DNA of 64,000 nt, taken from positions 12,818-76,817 of IMG/VR virus record IMGVR_UViG_3300035698_024626; one strand, written 5' to 3'. The notes beneath the pieces were generated by a model. It saw nothing but the letters and a program-made list of their open reading frames with translations, made no database searches and was not told the DNA's origin. A program made the translations under genes and the position numbers. The stretch is from a virus. Every line of letters starts with the position of its first letter. The stretch's first letter is position 1. Of this stretch, positions 9,923 through 20,513 are shown piece after piece.

Positions 9923-10342
9923 CTCCTCATCGTGAGGATCGAACTGACACGCCTCCCCTTCGCCATATGGCAAACGATAATTGCTCAAATCGAATGGCAA
10001 TAAATCAATATCTGTTTTGGTTTCATTTAATGTTACTTCCACAGCCTCCATCCCGCATACAAATGCCACAAACGCTTCCGTATTTGCGCCAAGACTGTCT
10101 TTCCAACTAGGCAATAAGGCAATCTTATTGCATCTATTGACGATTGCGTTGATATCTGTTGTCATACAACTCGCAAATGAAGATCGAAGGTAACTCCCAT
10201 GTTCCGATGGATTAAAGACCGTAAATCCTTTATCTCTTAATAGACCGGCCACCAAAGTGAACATTTCTTTATTCAAATTGGGAATACCCCGCATACATCC
10301 TGCGAGATAGAAATCGTACTTCTTCTTTTTTTTCCCAAACAC
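9917..10342 (-). CDS. DUF4406 / nucleoside 2-deoxyribosyltransferase-like protein
   Basis: YLAGCMRG..N...F...VFNP...LLPSWKDSLGANTE. Confidence 0.78.
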   Translation of the reverse strand: MFGKKKKKYDFYLAGCMRGIPNLNKEMFTLVAGLLRDKGFTVFNPSEHGSYLRSSFASCMTTDINAIVNRCNKIALLPSWKDSLGANTEAFVAFVCGMEAVEVTLNETKTDIDLLPFDLSNYRLPYGEGEACQFDPHDEEL

Positions 10343-10944
10343 ATTAACCCCCTAGTCAACACGACTCATCCCATCATCTTCCCGCCTTCATTCCTCCTAA
10401 TGTCTCTAGATAAACCAACGAATCCCTTTCTTAGACACAAGTCGGCACATCGTTGTCTGCACGCATCCCAAACGAAGCGGCATTGATTCTTAATGAAAAG
10501 ATAATCAAATGGGTCCATCCCGGCCATAAGGAGTTCATGGCACCACGCATCGAATTCTAAATCTAACGTTTCCACTACTCTTCCCTGCGCTTCCAAATAG
10601 CATCTTGCTTGCGTTTGATCATTATATCGAATGTCTCGTTTGATAGAGGTTCATGTTCATCGGTGTCCGCATCAGCCTCATCGCTCGACGATATAATTGG
10701 CGCGTCTTCCTCTGACCCATCTTCAACAAAATCGAAGTGAAGTTGTTCGCCCTCCATTGTGTCGTAGCCTCCCTTAAATCAATCAATTTCGGCATTTTGT
10801 TCCGAGTCCTTTAGTATCAAAATCCCAACATCAGCTTGTTGCAATATATTTGCAATACGATATAAATTAACTGCAATGACAGTCATCGCCAAAGTCAATA
10901 TAAACACCCTAATCCATTTACCCAAACTCGAAACACGAAAAACC

Positions 10945-12000
10945 TTAAACTGTGCTGGCTCCATCTTCCGTCTCCGTAACGGTGTTAAAACAAAACAGTT
11001 GTTGCAACACATATTCCCAATCTTCGCAATGGGCTTCTACGTGAGGAACATTATGATTGCGCAAAAATATCTCGATCTGATTATCAATCGAACGCGCTGT
11101 AGCCTCGTCATGGAAGCGTATACCGTTTTCTCGGTATTGCTGAAATCGTAGGAACACCATGTCGGTATAGTTATGAAGATCAAGCAACACCCATTTGTAA
11201 AGCTTGCTAAGTATCAAGCGGTTAACAGAGCTTCGGGTTTCTCCCCTATGTAAAGCTGCATAGATGTATGATAGGAATGTTGGACAATCCGAAACAACAA
11301 TGTCAGATCGTTTTGCTGCATCCAACTCCCTGGCTCGTTGTCCTGCGTAAATCAAAATCTGTTCAGTAAAACCTGGATTGCGATCATACTTCTGAACAAA
11401 GGACGTAGCGTATTCTTGTACAGGAAAAGAGTTGCCGTCAAGCGTAGTGTTCAGTGCGGTGGTGAACAATCGAGACACTTCGGACTTTCCAGAGCTTGGT
11501 GCACCACAAATACCAATCCGACGAACAAAATAGTCCCAGGCAGAGAACGGACATGTAGTGAAGGCGTGTGGATACCCTAAAATCTGATGTAGAGGCGGGA
11601 TATCCCGCTCACCACACACCTCACATTCTACGACAGCGACTTTGAGAGGAAGCTCCACGAAATCTACGGTCACAGCAATCCACAGATAACTAGGGAGTAG
11701 CAATTTATATCGTTGCTTTTTGACAACCAGTTCGGCTTGCGGAATCAACAAACGAGCAGCCTCGACAGAAAGCCCTACAGACTCTTCAACACGAACACCA
11801 GACAACTTCTTTCCGACTTTGTTTTGAAGAAAATGCCTGATTTGTCCACCTGTTGTCTCCACACGAATACGAGTATCTTTCGAGAGATAGTGGTCAACAA
11901 CATCTATAGGGTCGGCTAACTTATGACCACCTTGATCGAGCAACCGTTTAATAGATGCGTAATCGAAAATATATGAGTCTTCCTTTTCATTATTGACCAT
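10945..12000 (-). CDS. CYTH-like domain fused to NadR/AAA_28-type P-loop kinase
   Basis: YLSKDTRIR...KVG...RVEE...KQRY...VDF...VECE, then IGICGAPSSGKS and QEYA. Confidence 0.72.
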   Translation of the reverse strand: MVNNEKEDSYIFDYASIKRLLDQGGHKLADPIDVVDHYLSKDTRIRVETTGGQIRHFLQNKVGKKLSGVRVEESVGLSVEAARLLIPQAELVVKKQRYKLLLPSYLWIAVTVDFVELPLKVAVVECEVCGERDIPPLHQILGYPHAFTTCPFSAWDYFVRRIGICGAPSSGKSEVSRLFTTALNTTLDGNSFPVQEYATSFVQKYDRNPGFTEQILIYAGQRARELDAAKRSDIVVSDCPTFLSYIYAALHRGETRSSVNRLILSKLYKWVLLDLHNYTDMVFLRFQQYRENGIRFHDEATARSIDNQIEIFLRNHNVPHVEAHCEDWEYVLQQLFCFNTVTETEDGASTV

Positions 12001-12313
12001 CTAATTCTCCTACGTTGTTCGTCTTACAGCCGGACACATTAGGGTCAAGAATTGCAAAATCATTCAAACATTTCTCCAACTCTTCTGGACCCATCCTGAT
12101 AGTGAAAAAATGGCCATTAGTTTTAGGATTGTAATCTTCTGCCATAATGCCAAATACAGTTATGTCCCCAACTTCATACTTGTATAATGCGGCAGTAACT
12201 CGATAGTTTTTAATGGGCAAACATTTATAGTGTAACCCCTTGGGACGAACTATCTGATTATGCCATTTCTCCTCAAAAGCGACACTCTCTTCTTTATCTA
12301 CACTATTTATCAA
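11990..12313 (-). CDS. Hypothetical protein
   Basis: Overlapping start/stop in the leftward gene train. Confidence 0.55.
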   Translation of the reverse strand: MINSVDKEESVAFEEKWHNQIVRPKGLHYKCLPIKNYRVTAALYKYEVGDITVFGIMAEDYNPKTNGHFFTIRMGPEELEKCLNDFAILDPNVSGCKTNNVGELDGQ

Positions 12314-12612
12314 TTGCTCTCCTCTGTATCGTCCCAGGTGAGAACTAAAGCTTTCGTCTTAACTAAATCCGCCTGAAGTGATTCAATTCTTGCAGCCCGC
12401 ATTTCTTCAGCACGCACAATAGCGCAAAGAGGGGTGATATGCCAATCTGATTTACCATACCAACGACCTTCTTTTTTATTTTTTCCAATGATAAAGAGAA
12501 AACTACCAAACTGCCAAATATCGTTTTTTTGGATACTTACAACCTGGACCCCTTCTTCCAGAGCATGTTTCGTAAGATAGATCGGTGTTTTTATATTCCA
12601 ATTGACCGACAT
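12310..12612 (-). CDS. Hypothetical phage protein
   Basis: YLTKHALEEG...WH...AEEMRAARIESL; RBS GGAG. Confidence 0.6.
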   Translation of the reverse strand: MSVNWNIKTPIYLTKHALEEGVQVVSIQKNDIWQFGSFLFIIGKNKKEGRWYGKSDWHITPLCAIVRAEEMRAARIESLQADLVKTKALVLTWDDTEESN

Positions 12613-12627
12613 ACACGTTCTCCCTAC

Positions 12628-12924
12628 CTAATCACCACATTCTGGACTTATTGGCAATAATTCCAACAAAGATTGAGGAACAAATGATCCCTCCCAGGCA
12701 CCCGCTTGTTCCCGTGCCATTTCGGGGGATAGGTCACTATTCATCCGATGATGTTCGCAAGCCATTGCGGCGAGTAATGTACCCTCATCTACAAGACAGG
12801 TATCCCAAACCATGACTCCACCACCAACTTCGTCACTAAAATATGTAAAGCCACCTACACAGTTAGGCTTCCTATACAATCGCGCTCCGTTGGCAAGACA
12901 TCCCAAATCTTCGGTCTTATCCAT
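12628..12924 (-). CDS. Hypothetical phage protein
   Basis: RBS GGAGG; YFSDEVGGGVMVWDT. Confidence 0.6.
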   Translation of the reverse strand: MDKTEDLGCLANGARLYRKPNCVGGFTYFSDEVGGGVMVWDTCLVDEGTLLAAMACEHHRMNSDLSPEMAREQAGAWEGSFVPQSLLELLPISPECGD

Positions 12925-12946
12925 TTTCCTACCTCCTCAATTCCAA

Positions 12947-12986
12947 CAAAAAAGGGGGGATGGCCATCCTGGACCACCCCCGCCCT
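12947..12986 (-). terminator. Rho-independent terminator
   Basis: On the minus strand GGGGGTGGTC-cagga-TGGCCATCCCCC forms a stem followed by a T-run. Confidence 0.7.
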
Positions 12987-12992
12987 GGTTTA

Positions 12993-13172
12993 CTAGTGAA
13001 CCAACTTCACGTCGCTCTTACGGTACGTCTCAGGACGATCCGTAGTTGGACGCCCGCGCCCAAAATTAAGATCGACAAAACAGTCCGTTACCGCCTTGAT
13101 CGTTCCAGTCTTTCCAATTATCTTCGGGCACTTATTACACTGAACCACCTCTACAACATCACCAATCTCCAT
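12993..13172 (-). CDS. 59 aa KOW/SH3-like small protein (below the ORF-track cutoff)
   Basis: MEIGDVVEVVQCNKCPKIIGKTGTIKAVTDCFVDLNFGRGRP...; strong RBS AAGGAG and its own terminator. Confidence 0.7.
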   Translation of the reverse strand: MEIGDVVEVVQCNKCPKIIGKTGTIKAVTDCFVDLNFGRGRPTTDRPETYRKSDVKLVH

Positions 13173-13243
13173 TTTCTTCTCCTTTACACCTTAAAACCCT
13201 GAACACGAAAACACAAAAACACAAAAACACCAACCGAATATCA

Positions 13244-13765
13244 TTAGGCTATATGTCTCCACCACTTGCCACGAGCTATATCCCCAATAGTGGTGTGACT
13301 CACATCAAATAATCCGGCAATACAACGATGCGTAAAACCATCAGCCAGTAATCGTTTAATATTACGGACCTGAGCCTCGAACAAAATAGAAGTTCCAATT
13401 TTAGAACCATAAGCTTTTGTCCCATGATCAATCTTATCTTTTTCATTTTCAACATAAGAGCCCCATCTTAAATTACTAAGATAATTATTTGATCTATTAC
13501 CGTCTAAATGGCGAGTAATTTGACCGGATGGACACAACCCGACAAATGATTCAAGGACCAATCTATGGATTAACTTAGTAGATACAAAACTATTCCTACC
13601 ATTTCTTAAACCAACTCGCAAATATCCGTCTCGATCAACAGAAGGCTTTAAGATTCTACCAACCCGAGCCCCATGCCCACGAGCTATCCTCTTAACTCGA
13701 CCATAATCAGATACTTGATAAATGCCTGGATGACTTACGATATCTTTCCAAGTTTCATCGGTCAT
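13244..13765 (-). CDS. NUMOD4-HNH homing endonuclease
   Basis: ETWKDI...YQVSDYGRVK; IHRLVLESF...RHLDGNRSNNYLSNLRWG. Confidence 0.9.
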   Translation of the reverse strand: MTDETWKDIVSHPGIYQVSDYGRVKRIARGHGARVGRILKPSVDRDGYLRVGLRNGRNSFVSTKLIHRLVLESFVGLCPSGQITRHLDGNRSNNYLSNLRWGSYVENEKDKIDHGTKAYGSKIGTSILFEAQVRNIKRLLADGFTHRCIAGLFDVSHTTIGDIARGKWWRHIA

Positions 13766-13768
13766 TAT

Positions 13769-14964
13769 TCACCAGCCCTTAAGTGATTTAATAGCCCTAG
13801 CTATTGAAATAATCTGATCAGCCGCTATTCCTCGTTGAGCCTTACACACACCATAGCCAACTCTGTGTCCACCCCTCTTTATCGGTATGGAGGCTCTCAT
13901 CTTGGCCTTCAATACTGCTACAGCATCATCGAGTTGGACCAACAATGCAGTATCGACATTAGCAAGATAATCCTCTTCAACATAAATGTTGGCTTTCTGT
14001 GCCATTATTCTACCTCAACATTGCCATATCTCTTCTCCCTTCGCTGCCGAGCTAGACACAATAGGGATTCAGCCTGCCATACAGAGAATTCACGGTTACA
14101 GGTATCGCATTGCATCATCCGATCGTCTCCCGATAAAATCATGGGCTTTAGCTGATCAATATCGTGATCACGATTCTTGCAAATCGGACATAGTTCGAAA
14201 GCTAACATCACAGGATTATACGTCTGGGGAGAGTATTTGTTTAATCTTTTTTCTGACATGCAAAAAGCTTCTCTTTATCGGTCTAAAATGGACCATAGAC
14301 TTTCGGCGACCTCAGCCAATCTTTCTCTGCTGGGAAATGATACTGAAGTTCCGCTTATACCGATGAGGGGGCAAGAACCAGCCAATTCCATAGACGATGA
14401 ATCGCGATTGGAAATTTCAACCACCGCCATAGCCACCAAAGGATCGAGATAGATTTCAACAATCCATCCACAACGAGGACACGCATTCGTCTCTGCCTGA
14501 CTAAGCTCCCATTCCTCACTACAATGAAAACACTTGACTTTGATCATATCGATTCCTTCAAAGCTTTTTCTAGTTGCGACTGCAAAATACGGGCCAACCT
14601 ATTATCCAATATAATGGTATTAGTCTGTGTAAAAGTTGATTCATCAAGCTCAATACTCTCGGTAAAAATCAACCGAACACCCATAGAACATCCCACCAGT
14701 GGTTTTATCTTTTCAACTTCTGTAACTTCTGCTTGGAAAACAACATTCATTATATCATCCCTCTAACTAAATTGAGCCCCACGCTAGCATTTCTTCTCCT
14801 TGAGGTATGGGATCGAAAATCTTAGACCCATAATTTCCCGTAGATCGAAAGATTAACCCGCCATAAACCGGCGAGATAGACAGTGGATTATTTTCTGATA
14901 TGTCCACATCTCCCTCAACTCGCTTACCACAACAAATACAACTTCTTCTATCGTACTCACTCAT
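13769..14964 (-). other. Train of five small hypothetical genes (13769-14005, 14005-14259, 14275-14547, 14544-14750, 14767-14964), several with CxxC Zn ribbons
   Basis: Tightly packed co-oriented ORFs of 65-90 aa. Confidence 0.55.
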
Positions 14965-15068
14965 TACTCACTTCCTTCTGTAAGTTGTGAATTCCTTTTA
15001 CAATTTCGCCACTGCAATTACAACGCCCAGAGAGTGACTTTCGGCAGGGCGAGCCCTGCCGCTTCATA

Positions 15069-16298
15069 TTAGTTCAAACTACACGGATGTAATTCAAGAC
15101 CTAATACTTCTTTTTCCTGCTTCTTAGACTGGCACTGAACCGAAGTTCTGCAACCTCCAATCTCCACAGGCGTTTTGCAAAGCAAACGAGCTTCGCTAAA
15201 TTTCTGAGTGTCCCTCAGTATTTTTGTTCCTACATTTCTTATATTTACAGCAGCGTTCAAATCTCTATCCATCACTTCACCACAATCCAAGCACTTGAAC
15301 TCTCTATCTTTCAGTGTTAAGTTTTTGTTAATCCATCCACAACCACTACAAGTCTTAGATGATGGTTCAAATCTATCAATCTCAACAAGTGGTTTACCAC
15401 TCCATTCTGACTTGTATCGTAGTTGTCTCTTGAACTCAAACCAACCACAATCTGAAACTGCCTTTGATAGACAATGGTTAGACATAATGCCCTTAATGTT
15501 CAAATCTTCCATAGCAAATCCTTCATACTTGGCTATTATATGAGCAGTTGCTTTGTGTTGAAAATCTCGTCTGACATTTCTAACCTTTCGATGTAGTCTC
15601 TGAACTTTGTTACGCTGTTTACTTCTATTGTTACTCTCTTTCTGCTTTCTTGATAATCTTCTCTGTGCTTTCGAGAGTTGTTGTCCATACTTATTGAGTG
15701 TTTTAGGATTTTCTATGACACTCCCATCGCTCATAGTGGCATATGTCTTAATCCCTACATCAATGCCAACCAGTAAGTCTTGCTTACAAATTGGTTCTTT
15801 GACTTTGAGTTCCACATTTACGGCACAATGCCATTGCTCACCATCTTGAGAAATAGTAAGATGTTTTACTTTTCCTTTGATTGGTCTGTGCTTAACCCAC
15901 TGAATTTCTCCAATCTTAGGAATGAAAACAAAATGCTTTCCTATTCTAAACTTCTGAGGCACAGCGAAACTGTCGTTTTGCTTGCCTTTCTTCTTAAACA
16001 CAGGAAACCGCTTGGTCTTACTGAAACAGTCTTTGAGTGCTCTATCTAATTGACGGGCTACCTGCTGAAGTGATTGACTAAAACTCAGTTGAAGAAAATC
16101 GTGTTCCTTCTTGAATTGTGGAAGTGAAGTAACCATATCGTGAACAAATACGAACTTCTTTTCGTTTTCGTATTTGTCTTGATTTTGTTTAAGAAGAGCA
16201 TTCCACAAGAAACGAGTATTACCACCGTGCTGTCGTAAGGCAGCAGATTGTTCCTTAGTGGGATAAAGTCTAAACTTGTATGCTCTTCTAATCTTCAC
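15069..16298 (-). CDS. tnpB: TnpB RNA-guided endonuclease (IS200/IS605 family)
   Basis: RAYKFRLYPT; RuvC residues GIDVG, MEDL and DRDLNAA intact; CSGCG/CLDCG Zn finger. Confidence 0.95.
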   Translation of the reverse strand: MKIRRAYKFRLYPTKEQSAALRQHGGNTRFLWNALLKQNQDKYENEKKFVFVHDMVTSLPQFKKEHDFLQLSFSQSLQQVARQLDRALKDCFSKTKRFPVFKKKGKQNDSFAVPQKFRIGKHFVFIPKIGEIQWVKHRPIKGKVKHLTISQDGEQWHCAVNVELKVKEPICKQDLLVGIDVGIKTYATMSDGSVIENPKTLNKYGQQLSKAQRRLSRKQKESNNRSKQRNKVQRLHRKVRNVRRDFQHKATAHIIAKYEGFAMEDLNIKGIMSNHCLSKAVSDCGWFEFKRQLRYKSEWSGKPLVEIDRFEPSSKTCSGCGWINKNLTLKDREFKCLDCGEVMDRDLNAAVNIRNVGTKILRDTQKFSEARLLCKTPVEIGGCRTSVQCQSKKQEKEVLGLELHPCSLN

Positions 16299-16372
16299 TA
16301 CCGTCTTTCTCTTTTTGGTCTGCTATGTATTTCTTTACTGTTTCAGCACTGACCACTCCAATAGTAGAGATA
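16289..16372 (-). pseudogene. tnpA: C-terminal remnant of IS200-type Y1 transposase
   Basis: ISTIGVVSAETVKKYIADQKEKDGSED* overlapping the tnpB start. Confidence 0.75.
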
Positions 16373-16457
16373 ACCATTTATAATTACGAGATTTGTTCTT
16401 CCCATTCTGGTTTACAACAGTAAGTCTACCGAATTTTTGCCCTACTAGGTCGATCAT
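16371..16457 (-). pseudogene. N-terminal fragment of an HNH homing endonuclease, interrupted by the TnpB element
   Basis: MIDLVGQKFGRLTVVNQNGKNKSRNYKWL, clearly similar to the N-terminus of 56561..57187 (IDLTGQRFGRLVVLKLIGKNKWGSYQWL). Confidence 0.75.
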
Positions 16458-16481
16458 TAAATCATCGCCACAGTAATATTA

Positions 16482-16925
16482 TTATTGTTTTTCTCTTTTG
16501 TTTTCATTAATCATCTTCTTTCTCGCCTCCAAGGACAATCGTTTCAAATTTAACCACGAACGATCACTACTACCACTCCCCCAACAACCATCACAGACAT
16601 CGTTAGTGATCATTTGCCCACCAAAACCGCCACGCCAACCCGACGTACTGCCATAAGCCCGTACACCAGCACCACCACATTTTTTACAAGGATTCTCTAT
16701 CCCTCGCCAATCAAGACAATATTGATTTACTCTTTGTTGAAATTCTCCTAATTGACAAAGCGAGTATTGATCTCGAAGAGATTGTGCCTGTTCGTCATGC
16801 CAGTCGGCGGCTGCTTTGCAAGCACGTTGCACCATAGCCCGCTGCTCTTTGGTTGGAACAGTTTCTATCCCGTGTAGGAGTTGCGCGAGCAACTCTTGTA
16901 ATGGATGATGTGATTTGACGTTCAC
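16482..16925 (-). CDS. Hypothetical protein with DnaJ-type Zn finger
   Basis: CKKCGGAG ... CDGCWGSG. Confidence 0.65.
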   Translation of the reverse strand: MNVKSHHPLQELLAQLLHGIETVPTKEQRAMVQRACKAAADWHDEQAQSLRDQYSLCQLGEFQQRVNQYCLDWRGIENPCKKCGGAGVRAYGSTSGWRGGFGGQMITNDVCDGCWGSGSSDRSWLNLKRLSLEARKKMINENKREKQ

Positions 16926-17522
16926 TTTTTAATCCTTTCCAAAAGACGATTCCACCAATACATACACTTAGCCATCAAACAATAATATCGCCGTATACAC
17001 CAAACTCCATCACGATAAAATAAACAATCGGGACTATTTTCAATCCCAGACAAACAGTTGCGGTCTTTACCCCGGTATACTGCTACACACCCGATTCGTT
17101 CGTCATAATGAATAACCTTTACTATTTCTTTTGGAGTCTTATTCATTTTCTTTCTCCCAGAACAACTCTTCCATCACCTGCTGAATAACCATCAATTTCC
17201 ATTCCAGAGATAGGCCCGACAACAAAGTGAGTACCTCATCGCATTTTCCGTCTTGCCAATTAATCTGATTATACGAATTCTGATACGTCACTTCTGGTAC
17301 CCTTTCCATTCGTCAATCAATTTTATAATTTTACTCATGACGCATCGTGAATTATCAGCATCCCCAGCCATAAAACTCAATTCATTGGAACAACGATCGC
17401 ATAGATGGAAATTTATACCAAATTCAACAGGGCCGATGCGGTATTCCCATGTTGCGTCTTTGGTACAACATGATTTGCACATAGGTACGGGTGTGGTTTT
17501 ATCTATGATATTTATTCTAATG

Positions 17523-18464
17523 TTATCCATTGGCCTTCATCCTTTTAACTGCTATTTTAAGGGTCGGTATGTTCCGTGGCGTTATATCGTGTGGGTAAAT
17601 CTCGATGAATGACGCCTCGGCAACCAGACCCTTTTGCAAACCTTCGCGTAACGAACCCCCAAAGCGGTGCGATTTCGCACCGCAAAGCATCTGAAACCCA
17701 ACCGGATGTGGATATTGCTCGATTACCCTATACGGTACGAAAGTATCTAAGGGAATCTTAGCAGATAGCCAGTTCCCTTGAATCCCCACTTTGTGTGTCT
17801 TGCAATATTTTACCACGTTGTAAATTACTTGTTCGGGAGTCCCAAAATTAACCGGCCTTGAAATTGCAACAGAAAGATGCTGTCTGGGAAATGCCTCGCG
17901 GAATATATCGATACATTGTTTCCATGCCCGAATTAGTGCAGTTTCGGTATAACTTCCCGAACAATACCAAGCAAATGAGTCTTTCTTCCCAGGTAAATGC
18001 ATTTCGCCACCGGCCCCCGCCCCGGTAATCGCAACAATCCGCAGACATTTGTGACCTGCGTATCTTTTCCCTAATGCTCGAACAAAACGACCCCACTCTG
18101 CAAGATATCCGGAATCCCAAGGAATTGGAATATGAACGCGATCATCACCAACTTCGATATTGTTGGCGAGAGCATATATCCAATCAGGCGAATAAACCCC
18201 AGCCAATACCCGAAGCATAACTTTCCCGTCAGCCGCCGCCATTAGATCGTCAAGTTTTTCCCAACGAAAATCCCCACGATATGGCTCAAGGTCCGACCAT
18301 CGAAGCCTTATGCTCAACCCATCGACACCGTTGTTTCCGTAGAGAATCTTCCTACTCCACGCAGCAGAGTGTCTTTCTGCGCCGAGAGAATAAATTCCGG
18401 CAAAACTCTCTAAACTTTCCAAGCCCATTAACCGTTGCCAAAATTTCGCCCACCATGTCATCAC
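17523..18464 (-). CDS. Glycoside hydrolase-like TIM-barrel protein (GH42/beta-galactosidase N-terminal-like)
   Basis: IRLRWSDLEP..GDFRWEKLD, SPDW, PIPWD..YL..W..FVRALGKRY, GGEMHL. Confidence 0.7.
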   Translation of the reverse strand: MMTWWAKFWQRLMGLESLESFAGIYSLGAERHSAAWSRKILYGNNGVDGLSIRLRWSDLEPYRGDFRWEKLDDLMAAADGKVMLRVLAGVYSPDWIYALANNIEVGDDRVHIPIPWDSGYLAEWGRFVRALGKRYAGHKCLRIVAITGAGAGGEMHLPGKKDSFAWYCSGSYTETALIRAWKQCIDIFREAFPRQHLSVAISRPVNFGTPEQVIYNVVKYCKTHKVGIQGNWLSAKIPLDTFVPYRVIEQYPHPVGFQMLCGAKSHRFGGSLREGLQKGLVAEASFIEIYPHDITPRNIPTLKIAVKRMKANG

Positions 18465-18550
18465 ACATCTCCATCTTCATTTGGAACTATCCATGAAAAA
18501 ATTGCAATTACTACACAAATTATCACTAAATCTGTCAATATCATCGTATA

Positions 18551-18970
18551 CTAACTACCACCTTCTATCATCTCTTTATGTTTTGAACACCCTGGCCAAT
18601 GATAACTCAATTTAGCTTCTGCCATATCCGTTAAAAACCATTGGCTCTTTTGTTCTGACCACAGCCAATCAATTGACCATGCCCCAGGAATCTCGGCACC
18701 TACTTTACTGCTAAGCTGAGATAGCAAACCAATTTCATCTTTATCCTCTATATTCATCGCGTCAAGACGTTTTCTCCAACCTCCAATCGAGACTCTTGCA
18801 TCGTCGAATACACTTGGAGGCCAATATGGATGATGGCATACCACTTTGGCGTCTTGCACAAAATATCGACGTTCCTTCACGATAGGCATATTGCCACGAA
18901 ATGCTGTGAAAGCAGCTATGGTCGGTATCATTGCTCTAGCTATCCAACAATCAGTCGGAAAACCCAGCAT
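18551..18970 (-). CDS. Hypothetical protein, possibly a truncated ATP-grasp-like C-terminal part
   Basis: ERRYFV...HHPYWP...WSIDWL...WFLTDMA; no clear RBS. Confidence 0.4.
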   Translation of the reverse strand: MLGFPTDCWIARAMIPTIAAFTAFRGNMPIVKERRYFVQDAKVVCHHPYWPPSVFDDARVSIGGWRKRLDAMNIEDKDEIGLLSQLSSKVGAEIPGAWSIDWLWSEQKSQWFLTDMAEAKLSYHWPGCSKHKEMIEGGS

Positions 18971-19105
18971 GTCAGCTCCGGTCTAGCAGTTTTTTTGTAA
19001 GGTCATATTTGTATCACTCACTTCTTCTTCCTCTCTTTAATAGGGCTAGGCCGTGCTCTTGGTTTTCTTCACTTTCCAATTCATTTCATTTTCTCTTTTT
19101 GTAAA

Positions 19106-19345
19106 TTAGGGTAAATTACGACGGAAAATTTTCTGAAAAGCATCGCCGAGTCGTTGTTCTATTGCGTTCATCACATCACTAGCAACCTCGCCTTGTTTCT
19201 CAAACAACAGCGTTCCATCTAAAGTCCTAACATCTCCATTCCATTTATACGTACAAGTGGAGCGATGACACACACATGCCGTAACTAATCCAAAATCCGC
19301 AACGTACATGCCTTCTTCTTCGTAAACCCATTTTCCTTTAGTCAT
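19106..19345 (-). CDS. Hypothetical protein
   Basis: RBS AAGGA; 79 aa. Confidence 0.55.
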   Translation of the reverse strand: MTKGKWVYEEEGMYVADFGLVTACVCHRSTCTYKWNGDVRTLDGTLLFEKQGEVASDVMNAIEQRLGDAFQKIFRRNLP

Positions 19346-19474
19346 ATTGCTTGTTCCTTTTCTGCGGCTTCGATCACCTTATTATACGTATAAATCGGCC
19401 ATTTGTTTTGTGGCCCTCCGATTTTTTTTGGGGGTGATAAAGTGGGTTCCACCTAAAGGTTATGGGACGTGTTT

Positions 19475-20101
19475 CTAATTTTCATGGTTCAAGATTTTTT
19501 GTATGGTCGATCGACAAACACCATAATTGTGAGCCAATTCCCTTTGACTCAATTTTGAAGCTTTAATTGCGAGGATTTGATCTGATGTAAATTTTCGACT
19601 ATATGCAGGTATTTTTTTTTCACATGGATTGGGCACATGACCCCACACTGTTTTACCTCGTAGCGCCAAAGAAATGTTCGGTTGCGATACACCGTATTTC
19701 TTTGCTAACTGAGCCTGATTCATCTGCCCAGTACGATATAATTCACGCATTTCAACTACGTAAACCTCAGTCAATTTGCTTCTGGGGTGTTTTGAGCCGC
19801 GTATACTGCCAAGCCTGATCGTATCATCAGCATTCTCTCTGGATGTACCATATCTTAAATTCTCTGGGCGCGCATTGTTTTTGTCACCATCAAGATGCCG
19901 GCATTGTAAGCCCTTGGGCCTGGGTCCATAGAATGCTAAACAGACGAGCTTATGAACATAATGTTTACTATTCTGACGAACCGATACTCTGGGGTAACCT
20001 TCTTTATTGTAGTTCCATTTCAAGATATAGCCCCTTAGACCCCAAATGTTCCCATCGGAGTCTGCAAAATAGCCAGGATACTCAGGAATCGCTTTCTTCA
20101 T
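19475..20101 (-). CDS. HNH homing endonuclease with C-terminal HTH repeats
   Basis: YVHKLVCLAF...CRHLDGDKNNARPENLRYG; two helix-turn-helix-like repeats. Confidence 0.88.
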   Translation of the reverse strand: MKKAIPEYPGYFADSDGNIWGLRGYILKWNYNKEGYPRVSVRQNSKHYVHKLVCLAFYGPRPKGLQCRHLDGDKNNARPENLRYGTSRENADDTIRLGSIRGSKHPRSKLTEVYVVEMRELYRTGQMNQAQLAKKYGVSQPNISLALRGKTVWGHVPNPCEKKIPAYSRKFTSDQILAIKASKLSQRELAHNYGVCRSTIQKILNHEN

Positions 20102-20513
20102 ATATAATTATACGTTCAAGTCGATCGTTTGTTTTGATTTTTTTTGGTCAGTTGTTGAAAACTACAAGGCGATTGATATGGTGGTCGGGAAAGTGTCACC
20201 CCCCTTTTTTTCTTCCTCCTTAGTCGGCGAAGTGCGAGAAAGAGTGTAAACGAAAAGTTGTAGGTCGTTTGAAAATGGAGCCTACTATGTTTCGCACCCC
20301 TTACGTTATAGGACCATGTAATGTTATCGGAATCTATTTGTATTATACGCCGCCCCCTCCCACATCCAGGTTATCGGACTACCATCCACCAAACCTACTT
20401 ATAGGACTATCTTGCACAAGGTGAGTTATAGGACCATCGAGCATCCTGAGTTATCGGACTGTATCCTACCTTGCTGGACATTATCGGACGAAAAATAAAT
20501 CTTGGGATTCACC

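Larger units (their letters stand above)
15034..16372 (-). mobile_element. Truncated IS605-group element (tnpA remnant + tnpB + right end)
   Basis: Right-end hairpin CGGCAGGGC-tc-GCCCTGCCG (15042-15061) then AAAGTCAC; upstream remnant ISTIGVVSAETVKKYIADQK. Confidence 0.78.

Noticed and set aside
13201-13232. Short AAAACAC tandem repeat (similar run at ~25437)
   Set aside because: Only three or four low-complexity units and no supporting context.
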